This document shows positions 45,510 through 54,375 of a stretch of DNA of 64,000 nucleotides, piece by piece. This DNA is from Bdellovibrionales bacterium. GTDB lineage: Bacteria > Bdellovibrionota > Bdellovibrionia > Bdellovibrionales > Bdellovibrionaceae. A program made the position numbers and the translations under genes. Positions within the stretch are counted from its first letter, which is position 1. The number at the start of each line of letters is the position of its first letter. The DNA lies in the NCBI GenBank assembly GCA_018266295.1, contig JAFEAQ010000011.1, positions 593,626 to 657,625 on the forward strand, in the 5' to 3' direction. A model generated the notes under the pieces. The model saw only the letters and a list, made by a program, of their open reading frames with translations, had not been told where the DNA came from and ran no database searches.

Positions 45510-46775
45510 TTAAATCTTAACGCTGAGGCCATCTTTGAGAGCCATCTTTTGAGCGCGATATGCCGGGATCAAGCCGATGAGAATACCACCAACTAGAGTT
45601 GCCAAGAGGTAAACAATCTCCGTCGTACCGAGGGCCCCACCTTCGAGGTAGAAACCGAATTCCACTTCAAGCCAAGGGCGCAAGATCGCAGTCCCGATCA
45701 TCGCAATCGCGGTCCCTAACACAATCCCCGCCAGAGTCAGAAGTGTCGATTCAAAGACAAGGAGAGCCAAAATCTTGGTGGTGCTCGCACCGAGCGCACG
45801 AAGAATGGCCATCTCACGGCGACGTTCGTTCAGGCTTGTGGTCAGCGCAATCAGCATCGCCATGAAACCAACAGCGACCACCATCCACGAGATGGCTTTC
45901 AGCACCTGCTCGACGTAAGAAAGACTGTGCCAAAGCTCACTCAGAGTCACCCCTGGAATGATCGCGAGCAATGGCTCTTCTTTGTAGTTATTGATCTCAC
46001 GCTGGAGTCGCAACGTATCGATGCGCGACTTGGTTCTTAAGAAGAACGCCGTGATCTGATCAATCTTGATATCTTCTTTTTTGATCTTATCAGCCCCGAT
46101 CGCTGTTTCAGGAGTTGGAGCTGCGCCATCTTTCCAGTCGATGTGCATGGCTTCGATTCCCTCGAGGCTCACATACAAGGACTGATCCAGGGCCGTGCCT
46201 GTCGGCTTCATGATACCGACCACCGTAAACGGTTTGTCGTCGTGCTTTTGAATGCCTTCACCGTGAGTCACACCGTGGGCGACGACGATTTTCTGACCGA
46301 GCTTATAGCCGAGCTTGCGCGCGACATCGGCACCGATGACAACATCCCAAAGGCCCTCGAGAGTTTTTCCCTCTTGCAATTCGATCTTGCCATCGCCACG
46401 GAAACGATAATGATCAAAGAAATCATTGGTCGTACCAACGACGCGGAAGCCACGATGCCCGTCGCCTAAAGAGTACGGAATCGTCCATTCAATCGCCGGA
46501 TTCTTTTTGATGTCCTGATACGTCTGATAGGAAATATTGTGAGTGGCATTTCCCATATTGAACACAGTATATAGAATCAACTGTGTCGGGCCACTGCGCG
46601 CGCCAACGATCAAATCTGTCTGACTGATGGTTTGTGTGAAACCGTCTTCAGCGGCACGCTTTGCGCGCTCCACAGACAAAAGCAAGGTCACACTGAGCGC
46701 AATCGAGATCACTGTCAGGATCGAAGCCAACGAGCGATTTTTGAGGGATTTGAGAGCAAGATTTAAAAAGACCAT
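45510..46775 (-). CDS. ABC transporter permease (FtsX/MacB-LolCE type)
   Basis: 421 aa. TM1, a large periplasmic domain and three C-terminal TM helices, which is FtsX-like architecture. Confidence 0.85.
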   Translation of the reverse strand: MVFLNLALKSLKNRSLASILTVISIALSVTLLLSVERAKRAAEDGFTQTISQTDLIVGARSGPTQLILYTVFNMGNATHNISYQTYQDIKKNPAIEWTIPYSLGDGHRGFRVVGTTNDFFDHYRFRGDGKIELQEGKTLEGLWDVVIGADVARKLGYKLGQKIVVAHGVTHGEGIQKHDDKPFTVVGIMKPTGTALDQSLYVSLEGIEAMHIDWKDGAAPTPETAIGADKIKKEDIKIDQITAFFLRTKSRIDTLRLQREINNYKEEPLLAIIPGVTLSELWHSLSYVEQVLKAISWMVVAVGFMAMLIALTTSLNERRREMAILRALGASTTKILALLVFESTLLTLAGIVLGTAIAMIGTAILRPWLEVEFGFYLEGGALGTTEIVYLLATLVGGILIGLIPAYRAQKMALKDGLSVKI

Positions 46776-46778
46776 GTC

Positions 46779-47471
46779 TTACTTCCCCTTCCCGGCGTGA
46801 TTGATGGAATCCAACGCCACCGAGCGCGAGAACAAATGCTGAATACTGCGGTCATGGCTCACAAACAAAACGGTCGTCCCGAATTGCTCGCACAGCTCAA
46901 ACATCAATTCGAGGAATTTCTCGCGATGATCCATATCAAGGGACGACGTCGGTTCATCGGCGAGAATAAACTCCGGACGGCCGAAGAGCGCGCGAGCCAC
47001 CGCGACCCGCTGCTGCTGTCCCACGCTAAGCTCCGTCACTTTTTTATCAACCAAAGTGATGATTCCCAAACGCGTGCACAGATGGCGAAGCACCGATACC
47101 GGGTCTTCGCCTTTCAGGCGTTCTTTGCGTGAAGGACTGAGATGAATTGGCAGCTCAATATTTTCTTGAACGCTCAAGTAAGGAATTAAATTGAAGCTCT
47201 GAAAAATATAACCGAGATGCTCGGCGCGGAAATGATCGCGCTCTTTTTCAGAAAGCTTGGTCAGATCACGGCCGAGGATTTTGACCTCGCCCTGTTCGGC
47301 CTTTAAAATGCCGGCAAGAATTTCTAAAAGAGTGGTTTTCCCTGAGCCGCTCGGACCATAGAGATAAACGCGTTCACCTTTTGCGACACTGAACTCAGGA
47401 ATTTGCAAAGTATCATGAGTCGCGTTCGCATAGCGGAACTGGAGATTTCTGACTTCGATGAGTTTGGACAT
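46779..47471 (-). CDS. ABC transporter ATP-binding protein
   Basis: Walker A GPSGSGKTT, signature LSVGQQQR, Walker B ILADEPT. Confidence 0.9.
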   Translation of the reverse strand: MSKLIEVRNLQFRYANATHDTLQIPEFSVAKGERVYLYGPSGSGKTTLLEILAGILKAEQGEVKILGRDLTKLSEKERDHFRAEHLGYIFQSFNLIPYLSVQENIELPIHLSPSRKERLKGEDPVSVLRHLCTRLGIITLVDKKVTELSVGQQQRVAVARALFGRPEFILADEPTSSLDMDHREKFLELMFELCEQFGTTVLFVSHDRSIQHLFSRSVALDSINHAGKGK

Positions 47472-47477
47472 GTTGAA

Positions 47478-47927
47478 TTACCTATAGGGTTCAATGCTAT
47501 CCCCGACGAGTTCGAAAGAGGCTTCACCGTACATGGATTTTTTCGTGACCAGGTTCAAAGTGCCATAGACCCAGATCGGGCCAAACGCCACTTCAGTTCC
47601 TGCGCGCATTTTGACATAGACCATTTGATTCGGCGGAGGTGCCGGAACATGAATACAAGCCTGCGGGCTTGGCACGAGCAAAAACTCGGTCACGGCCTTC
47701 TGGCTGTCTTCGAGGGGCACCATGAAACCCGGGATTTTGATCTCGCGACCGTTCAGGGCCTCAAGCTCCGAACCCGCTTTGCCGCTGACATAGTCCATGG
47801 TTCCGAGCAAACGCCAGTCGACCTCGACTCCGCCGCCTTTAGCTCCGCCACCGAAACGATGGAAAGCCAAAGCTCCAATAACCACAGAAAGCACTAGTAT
47901 TCCGCACGCGATCATCCACTTTTTCAT
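47478..47927 (-). CDS. DUF3299 domain-containing protein
   Basis: Preferred ATG is 47927 (TM/signal anchor MKKWMIACGILVLSVVIGAL). FLLVPSPQACIHVPAPPPNQMVYV is the DUF3299 motif. Confidence 0.75.
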   Translation of the reverse strand: MKKWMIACGILVLSVVIGALAFHRFGGGAKGGGVEVDWRLLGTMDYVSGKAGSELEALNGREIKIPGFMVPLEDSQKAVTEFLLVPSPQACIHVPAPPPNQMVYVKMRAGTEVAFGPIWVYGTLNLVTKKSMYGEASFELVGDSIEPYR

Positions 47928-47976
47928 ACCCACCACTATCCCCCCACCCCCACCAAAACGCAACTCATTTGCAACT

Positions 47977-48091
47977 CCGAAAAGGTACCAGGTCGCTTTT
48001 CGGAATTGACATTCTGACCTATGAGAAACCCCTCCGACTTACTGCCCCTTGGAGCGTTGCGTCCCGGAAAAGCGACCTGGTACCTTTTCGG
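47977..48091. repeat. 25-bp perfect inverted repeat (65-nt spacer) immediately upstream of hisS
   Basis: Arm 47977-48001 ccgaaaaggtaccaggtcgcttttc is the exact reverse complement of arm 48067-48091. Pairing extends to about 29 bp with one G-U. Each arm is itself a small hairpin (ccgaaaag...cttttcgg). Confidence 0.85.
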
Positions 48092-48113
48092 GGTTCTATG
48101 GTAGGTTGCGGGG

Positions 48114-49361
48114 ATGAGTACGAAATTCCAGAGGGTCCGTGGGACTCGCGATTTGTTGCCAGAAGATAATGTTAAATTCCGTTTCGTGGAGTCCACAGCC
48201 CATAAGCTTTCTTTGCTCTACGGCTATGGCGAAATCGAAACGCCGATCTTTGAATTCTCTGAAGTCTTCCATCGTACTCTCGGCGAAACTTCCGACGTCG
48301 TCAGCAAAGAGACTTACACGTTTGCAGACCGAGGCGGCGATAGCATCACTCTTCGCCCTGAAGGGACTGCGGGTGTTGCGCGCGCGTTCGTGTCGGAAGG
48401 CATGGCGCAAAACTTGCCATTGAAGTTTTACTATTCAGGCCCGATGTTCCGCTACGAGCGCCCGCAAAAAGGCCGCTACCGCCAGTTCAAGCAACTCGGT
48501 GTTGAGTGCCTTGGCGTGGATTCCCCGCTCGCAGATGCTGAGTGCATTGCGATGGCTTGGGATTTGCTCAATCAAATCGGTATTGCCGGCAAATGCCACT
48601 TGGAGCTCAATACTTTGGGCGATAACGAAAGCCGCGCGAACTACCGCGATGCTTTGGTGGCTTACTTCAGCCAGCACAAAGAAAAGCTATCGGCTGACAG
48701 CAAAGTACGCCTTGAGAAAAATCCATTGCGTATTCTCGACTCTAAAGACGAAGGTGATCGCGCTATTATTGCCAATGCCCCGTCTTTGCACGATCACTTG
48801 AATGAAACTTCGAAAAAATTCTTCGATGATTTGCTGAAAGCCATTCGCTCATTGGGCATTCCGTGCGAGATCAATCAAAAACTCGTGCGCGGTTTGGATT
48901 ACTATTGCCATACGGTTTTTGAATTCGTCACCGAAGAACTCGGCGCTCAAGGCACGGTTCTCGCTGGTGGACGCTATGACGGCCTCATCGAAATGATGGG
49001 TGGACCGAAAACTCCGGGCGTCGGCTGGGCTGCGGGTATAGACCGCCTTTCAGACCTCGTTCCTGCTGAGAAATATCAAAAGCACGAAGCCTTGCTCGCG
49101 ATCATCCCAGCAGATGAGACCGGCGAAGCAGAATCTTTGAAAGTCGCACACAAACTTCGTTCACACGGTTTGAAATGCGAAATGATTATCTCAGGTAAAA
49201 TGGGTAAGCGCTTCCAAAAGGCCGACAAGATGGGCGCCACACACGCGCTGGTCATGGGTGAAAACGAAGTCAAAGCCCACCATATCGCGGTCAAAGATTT
49301 GAAATCAGGCCTGCAAGAAAATCTCTCTGCAGACGAGCTGATTAAAAAACTCAAACACTAG
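48114..49361 (+). CDS. hisS: Histidine--tRNA ligase
   Basis: 415 aa with class II aaRS motifs ([41 protein letters not shown]). Confidence 0.95.
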   Translation: MSTKFQRVRGTRDLLPEDNVKFRFVESTAHKLSLLYGYGEIETPIFEFSEVFHRTLGETSDVVSKETYTFADRGGDSITLRPEGTAGVARAFVSEGMAQNLPLKFYYSGPMFRYERPQKGRYRQFKQLGVECLGVDSPLADAECIAMAWDLLNQIGIAGKCHLELNTLGDNESRANYRDALVAYFSQHKEKLSADSKVRLEKNPLRILDSKDEGDRAIIANAPSLHDHLNETSKKFFDDLLKAIRSLGIPCEINQKLVRGLDYYCHTVFEFVTEELGAQGTVLAGGRYDGLIEMMGGPKTPGVGWAAGIDRLSDLVPAEKYQKHEALLAIIPADETGEAESLKVAHKLRSHGLKCEMIISGKMGKRFQKADKMGATHALVMGENEVKAHHIAVKDLKSGLQENLSADELIKKLKH

Positions 49362-50353
49362 AAACAACGATTCAGGGAGACATTAACGATGCTCCCATCG
49401 TACTTCGTAAGCCTTCCCTCTCCACACGCAGTAAAGGCTAAAGTCTCCGTTTTTCCGACATACAAACTTCCCAGCGCTGTTGGGCTGACATTCGTTCCGG
49501 CCAAAAAGGTCGTCGTGATAGAACCCGACACCGGCAAGCAGCAGGTATTGCTATGAACCAAACCGCTCAGAGTCGACGTCCCAATTACTTGCAAGCCATT
49601 ATGGTAAACTGTCACCGTACCCGACACGGAACGCGACGTTGCACCAGATGAACTCTCGGTAATATTCAAAGTTCCATACACGGTCTGATCAAAGTCACCG
49701 ACAACATTCACGCGATGGCCGAAAGTAATTTGGTCACGAGCGCCCACGCTATTGAAGCTGACCGACACACCATAACCACCATTCACGATGGTCGCGAGTG
49801 TTGCCGAATCAAAATTAGACAAATTCGTTGTATGATTATCGATGGCTAAATATGTGCCCGCAGCACTCTGACGCACTAAAGACGACGGAGTGGTTGAACC
49901 CGAAGCAGTTACATACTGACGCTTCAATGTTGAGTTCACCCCCGGATGCGGGAATGTTCCGCAGCTCGCAGTGCCTGAAGACATAATTAAAGCCTGTGTC
50001 CCTGTGAAACTTGCGGTTGAACCAGAAAATTTACAAGAGCTGTAATTCAGCCACATCGTTCCGCCGCTCGTAGCACAACCAGTTCCGGTTGTTGCAAAGG
50101 TTGGACAGACTCCACCTAGCGGAGATACCGTTGCAGCCGTGCTCATCACCTTCATCTCGCTCGCACCACCAGAAGCAGAACTGCTGAGAGCTCCACCAAT
50201 CGCGCCAGCCACCGCACCCGATGCCGAAGTATCTTCAACGAGTGGATTACCAGTCGTCGTTCCACCTGAGCCTGAAGAAGAGCAGGCCACTTGCATCCCA
50301 AGCAAAAGACTTACAAAGGCCGATAATAGATTTTTTGAAGTGCGCAAACTCAT
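49358..50353 (-). CDS. Ser/Thr/Gly-rich 8-Cys lipoprotein, paralog B
   Basis: Lipobox LLGMQVAC. The start overlaps the TIGR02147 stop (ATGA). Roughly 55-60% identity by eye to ORF 51218..52240, including [11 protein letters not shown] and the C-terminal NVSLNRCF. Confidence 0.7.
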   Translation of the reverse strand: MSLRTSKNLLSAFVSLLLGMQVACSSSGSGGTTTGNPLVEDTSASGAVAGAIGGALSSSASGGASEMKVMSTAATVSPLGGVCPTFATTGTGCATSGGTMWLNYSSCKFSGSTASFTGTQALIMSSGTASCGTFPHPGVNSTLKRQYVTASGSTTPSSLVRQSAAGTYLAIDNHTTNLSNFDSATLATIVNGGYGVSVSFNSVGARDQITFGHRVNVVGDFDQTVYGTLNITESSSGATSRSVSGTVTVYHNGLQVIGTSTLSGLVHSNTCCLPVSGSITTTFLAGTNVSPTALGSLYVGKTETLAFTACGEGRLTKYDGSIVNVSLNRCF

Positions 50354-51201
50354 GACTTACTCCCATTTTGCTTTTGCGTCAGCGGAAACAAAGCCACTTC
50401 CATATGATAAACTGTTTCTCCATCTTGCTCCGTCGCAGTGAGGGCCTGGATTTTTTGAATCGCTTCCTCGGCAATCGCGCGGGCTTTCAGAAAATTCTTT
50501 TCACTCAGAGAACACGTATGCCCCATAATATTGCGTTCCTCGCGAGGAACTTTGTCAATGGCCTCGCCGGCCAGTCGCATGATTTCCCGATGAAAGTGCG
50601 ACAGTCCCACTCGATAGATGCCACCTTGGCAATTCAAGGCTTCTGTCGGAGCCAGGATCTTGCCGTTCTTACTCCGCTCGAGGAATTTGTATTTGAATAA
50701 AAACTCCAGCGTGTCCTTTACTTCTTTCAGCGATACTTGAAAGCGTAGCTGCTCTTGAATCCATTCTGGATCATCTTTAAAACCTTTGAGCGTCGCCATT
50801 TCACGGATTGCGACATAATACCAATGGGTCAAGTACTGATAAGCCGCCGTTTCACGCTCGTTATGAGAGCGGAACTGGCTGAACTTTTTCATACGCTCGA
50901 GCGCCATCACTCGAGCATCGTGGGAATCCGACGTTCCCAGGACCAGTAAACAATCCAAGAAAGATTGCTCGTTTGCATTCAAGTTCAAGTGTGGAATCAT
51001 TTTCGCTAAAGCTGCGGCCGAAATCGGGCGAGTGCCATTCAAAACCATCGGCAAGTATCCCGACGCAAGACCTGCGGCCTTCGCCAGTGAACGCAACGAA
51101 AAACGAGATTGAGTGGCTTTTAAATAAGCCACCCAGTCCTTCAAAAATGCCAGATGATCGTGGTATGCGAAAATATCTGGTCGTTGCGTTTTCACGTTCA
51201 T
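50350..51201 (-). CDS. TIGR02147 family protein (DUF4423, HTH-like N-terminus)
   Basis: 283 aa. YHDHLAFLKDWVAYLKATQSRFSLRSLAKAAGLASGYLPMVLNGTRPIS. Same architecture as 5660..6454. Confidence 0.7.
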   Translation of the reverse strand: MNVKTQRPDIFAYHDHLAFLKDWVAYLKATQSRFSLRSLAKAAGLASGYLPMVLNGTRPISAAALAKMIPHLNLNANEQSFLDCLLVLGTSDSHDARVMALERMKKFSQFRSHNERETAAYQYLTHWYYVAIREMATLKGFKDDPEWIQEQLRFQVSLKEVKDTLEFLFKYKFLERSKNGKILAPTEALNCQGGIYRVGLSHFHREIMRLAGEAIDKVPREERNIMGHTCSLSEKNFLKARAIAEEAIQKIQALTATEQDGETVYHMEVALFPLTQKQNGSKS

Positions 51202-51217
51202 TCCCCCAACCCTCTTC

Positions 51218-52240
51218 CTAGAAACAACGATGCAAGCTGACGTTAGAAACGGCGCCTGTTGTTGAAGTGTAAGTTGCAGTTCCGCAACCCGTAAACGTTA
51301 ATGTTTCCGTTTTACCAACAAGTGCGCTACCCAATACTGTGGGGCTCACGTTGCTGCCGGCTGCAAACGAAGTCGTGATTGTGCCTGACACCGGCAAGCA
51401 GCAAACATCTTCATGCACAACATTCGAGAATGTTGAAGTTCCCACTACACGCACACGGTTGTGGTACACAGTGACCTGACCACTCACTGTGCGCGAAGAA
51501 GCACCGTTACCTTCTGTCACTGACAAACTCCCCGTCACAGAGTGATCAAACACGCCTGTTACATAGGTGCGATGGCCAAGTGTAATGCCGGTTCTTGCTC
51601 CGCTTGAGTTGAAACTCACTGCTGCACCATAACCGCCGTTTTGAATTGTGTTGATAGTTTGACCGTCAAAGTTGCTTAAGTTACTTGACGTGTTGTCGAT
51701 CACACCCGACCAGTTATCTGCAATGACCGTCACAGAGCCCGGAGTATTAGAGCCAGAGGCTGAAACAAATTGTCTATAGAGAGTGCCGCTCGCGGGTGGA
51801 GTCGGAAAACTTCCGCAGGTCGCTGCGCCCGAAGATTTGGTAATTTTCTGAACACCCGTCCAAGTTGCATAGCCTTGGAAAGTGCAGCCTGAGTATGTCA
51901 GCCACATGCTGCTGCCACTTGCAGAACAGCCTGTTCCAGTCGTTGCAAAAGTTGGACAAAGGCTCGAAGCCATCGCTTGAGCAGGCTCAACCGCTTTTGC
52001 CACCATCATCCAGAAACCATGCACGGGATCTTGCTCGCGCATTTTATAGATCGCCAAAGAGCCATTGGCACTTGTACCACTCAATGCTCCACCCACAGCA
52101 CTTGCTGCGGCACCTGATGCAGACTCATCCGCCGATGAAGACGAAATGTCGTCTCCCGCCTTCTTACCGCAAGCAGTAAGAACCAATGCGACCACTAAGA
52201 TGCCCATGACTGATTTCGTATTCATTGATTTCAAGTTCAT
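51218..52240 (-). CDS. Ser/Thr/Gly-rich 8-Cys lipoprotein, paralog A
   Basis: Preferred ATG is 52240 (AAGGA SD). Lipobox LVLTAC. Shares [18 protein letters not shown] and the terminal NVSLHRCF with paralog B. Confidence 0.7.
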   Translation of the reverse strand: MNLKSMNTKSVMGILVVALVLTACGKKAGDDISSSSADESASGAAASAVGGALSGTSANGSLAIYKMREQDPVHGFWMMVAKAVEPAQAMASSLCPTFATTGTGCSASGSSMWLTYSGCTFQGYATWTGVQKITKSSGAATCGSFPTPPASGTLYRQFVSASGSNTPGSVTVIADNWSGVIDNTSSNLSNFDGQTINTIQNGGYGAAVSFNSSGARTGITLGHRTYVTGVFDHSVTGSLSVTEGNGASSRTVSGQVTVYHNRVRVVGTSTFSNVVHEDVCCLPVSGTITTSFAAGSNVSPTVLGSALVGKTETLTFTGCGTATYTSTTGAVSNVSLHRCF

Positions 52241-52377
52241 AAATCCATCCTTCGTATTCAAAAGCCTTTGTATCGGCCACATAAAAAGGATCTCACGGAA
52301 CTCTATTTTGATCAATATTGTGATCATTTATAAAATTGAAAATGGAGTTAATTCAGTAATTTCATATAGATATATAT

Positions 52378-52392
52378 GATATAAATTATATC
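52378..52392. promoter_or_regulatory. 7-1-7 palindrome in the AT-rich region upstream of the paralog A / TIGR02147 cluster
   Basis: gatataa-a-ttatatc, about 140 nt upstream of ATG 52240, inside a 220-nt very AT-rich gap. Confidence 0.3.
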
Positions 52393-52460
52393 AAAATAAG
52401 AATTTATACTTTATTGTGATCAATTTGCGAATCGATTTTAAGGACCGGGGACGGCCCCTT

Positions 52461-53522
52461 TTACTTGCGACCCAAACGAATGCTGTGACCTTGGCGCCAG
52501 CCTGGGATATTGAGCGAATTCGATCTCATCCACAGGAACATCATGCTCACACCGATCCCGAACATGCCGATGCTGAGCCACTGCCCCCGCGTGAGGCCCA
52601 ACCACTGATAACCAATTTGAATATCTGGCATACGGAAGTACTCATCACCAATTCTGACGAGCGCATACAAAATAATAAACGAAGCGGCGATAAAGCCCGG
52701 CTTGCGACCCTTTCTCCACAGGAAAAAGAGGATCAAAAACATCAATAAGCCCTCGCCTGCCGCCGCAAAAAGCTGTGACGGATAACGAGCCGTCAACAAC
52801 GGCGCCAGAGCCTCTTTCACACCGCTATTGCCTTTTTGCACTTCAAGCACGATTTTTTGCAAAGTTTCATAGACCTGAGCCTTCGACAAAGTGTCGAGCT
52901 GGAACTTTTCAAGCATCCCGAGCCACTGATCGGGAGTCACATTCACCTTCTCCGTCACATCTGTCAGGGTTTTAAGCTTATCAAAGTCTGTACTTGGCCA
53001 GTTCAAAATATCCTGGGGAAACTTCACCGCCAGCGGATAGCCCTCGGGAGCCGGACGCCCCACAAGTTCGCCATTGATGAAGTTGGCGATACGTCCGAAA
53101 AATACGCCGATGGGTCCTGACACAGATACGAGATCTAGCAAATACAGGAAATTCACACCATAACGGCGCGCAAACAAAATACACGCAACCACGATTCCGA
53201 TCATGCCACCGTGGCTGGCCATGCCGCCTTCGTTCACGGCGAAGACTCCCCAGAATGGGAAATCGCCTTTGAATTTTAAAAACAAATCCGGCGCATAGAA
53301 AAGCACATAGCCCAAACGGCCGCCGACCAGAGTGCCGATCGCAACGTAAGTGATAAAATCACCGACCATGTTTGGGTTGAGACCCGCACGCTGACGATAC
53401 GTCAACCAACGAATCAGCAAGTACGCGCAGATAAAGCCAAGCATGTACGATAATCCATACCAACGAATACCGAAATTTTCGGAAAACTGTATAGCAAATG
53501 GATTCAAATCATGGATGTACAT
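52461..53522 (-). CDS. lgt: Prolipoprotein diacylglyceryl transferase
   Basis: IRWYGLSYMLGF, GGRLGYVLFY, GGMASHGGMIG and GRIANFINGELVGR motifs. 353 aa, i.e. longer than the roughly 290 aa E. coli enzyme. Confidence 0.9.
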   Translation of the reverse strand: MYIHDLNPFAIQFSENFGIRWYGLSYMLGFICAYLLIRWLTYRQRAGLNPNMVGDFITYVAIGTLVGGRLGYVLFYAPDLFLKFKGDFPFWGVFAVNEGGMASHGGMIGIVVACILFARRYGVNFLYLLDLVSVSGPIGVFFGRIANFINGELVGRPAPEGYPLAVKFPQDILNWPSTDFDKLKTLTDVTEKVNVTPDQWLGMLEKFQLDTLSKAQVYETLQKIVLEVQKGNSGVKEALAPLLTARYPSQLFAAAGEGLLMFLILFFLWRKGRKPGFIAASFIILYALVRIGDEYFRMPDIQIGYQWLGLTRGQWLSIGMFGIGVSMMFLWMRSNSLNIPGWRQGHSIRLGRK

Positions 53523-53607
53523 ACAACCCCAGTCTCAATCTTGGACGAACAGATAAAATCTTAGACCTAACTCCCCCCAAAGAGCAAAATTAAAAATGGA
53601 GGATTTT

Positions 53608-54375
53608 ATGAAACGTTTCAACCACATCCTCATTTTGATACTGCTGGCTTTTGCTTCCACGACCTTCGCGGCCGGATCCAGCGGTGGAGGCGGCGGCGGC
53701 AATAGCGGCGATTTCCTGCAAAGGGCCGAACGGCGCCAGTCTCAGCGCTGGACCCTGCAAGAATGGCTCGCGCAAAAAGACCGCAACAACATGATGGACA
53801 TGTGGCTTTCCATGAATTCGCCATCTCCCTACGAATTGATGCTTGGCATCTCATACAATAGCTACAGCCAGGAAAGCTCAGCGGCGGCAGGAACAACGAA
53901 CAAGTACACCTCTTACCAGGGCACTTTTTCTGCCTATGCCCAGTTTGTGGGACTCACCGCGGAGTACGAGAACAACACTCAAGAGGGCTTTAACGACCTG
54001 AGCGGCCTTTTCAACCTGCGCCTGCTCGGAAGCTCCATCCAGGGCTCTTATCTGACCTTACACTATGGAATGCGGACACATACACAAACAAACCCTCAGG
54101 TGGCTCTCCGCCAACAATTTGCCCAGGCCAGTTTACAAATGTATGTGATCAAGCAATTTGGTTTTGATGGGCTCTATCGCTACTACATGCCCGTGACCGA
54201 TGACACCCTTGGCGAGGTTAAAGGAAATTTGACCGAAGCCGGCGCGTTCATCGACTTTAAAAATTTCCGCGTGTTTGGGACTTGGTACAAAGAGGTTCAG
54301 AATTCAAACTTGAGTAGCACCATCACCGACAACACCCGCACCGGCATCCGCAGCGGGCTGAAGATCTTCTTCTAA
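53608..54375 (+). CDS. Outer-membrane beta-barrel-like protein, hypothetical
   Basis: ATG 53608 (GGAGGA SD). Signal peptide MKRFNHILILILLAFASTTFA. C-terminus ...GLKIFF. Confidence 0.65.
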   Translation: MKRFNHILILILLAFASTTFAAGSSGGGGGGNSGDFLQRAERRQSQRWTLQEWLAQKDRNNMMDMWLSMNSPSPYELMLGISYNSYSQESSAAAGTTNKYTSYQGTFSAYAQFVGLTAEYENNTQEGFNDLSGLFNLRLLGSSIQGSYLTLHYGMRTHTQTNPQVALRQQFAQASLQMYVIKQFGFDGLYRYYMPVTDDTLGEVKGNLTEAGAFIDFKNFRVFGTWYKEVQNSNLSSTITDNTRTGIRSGLKIFF

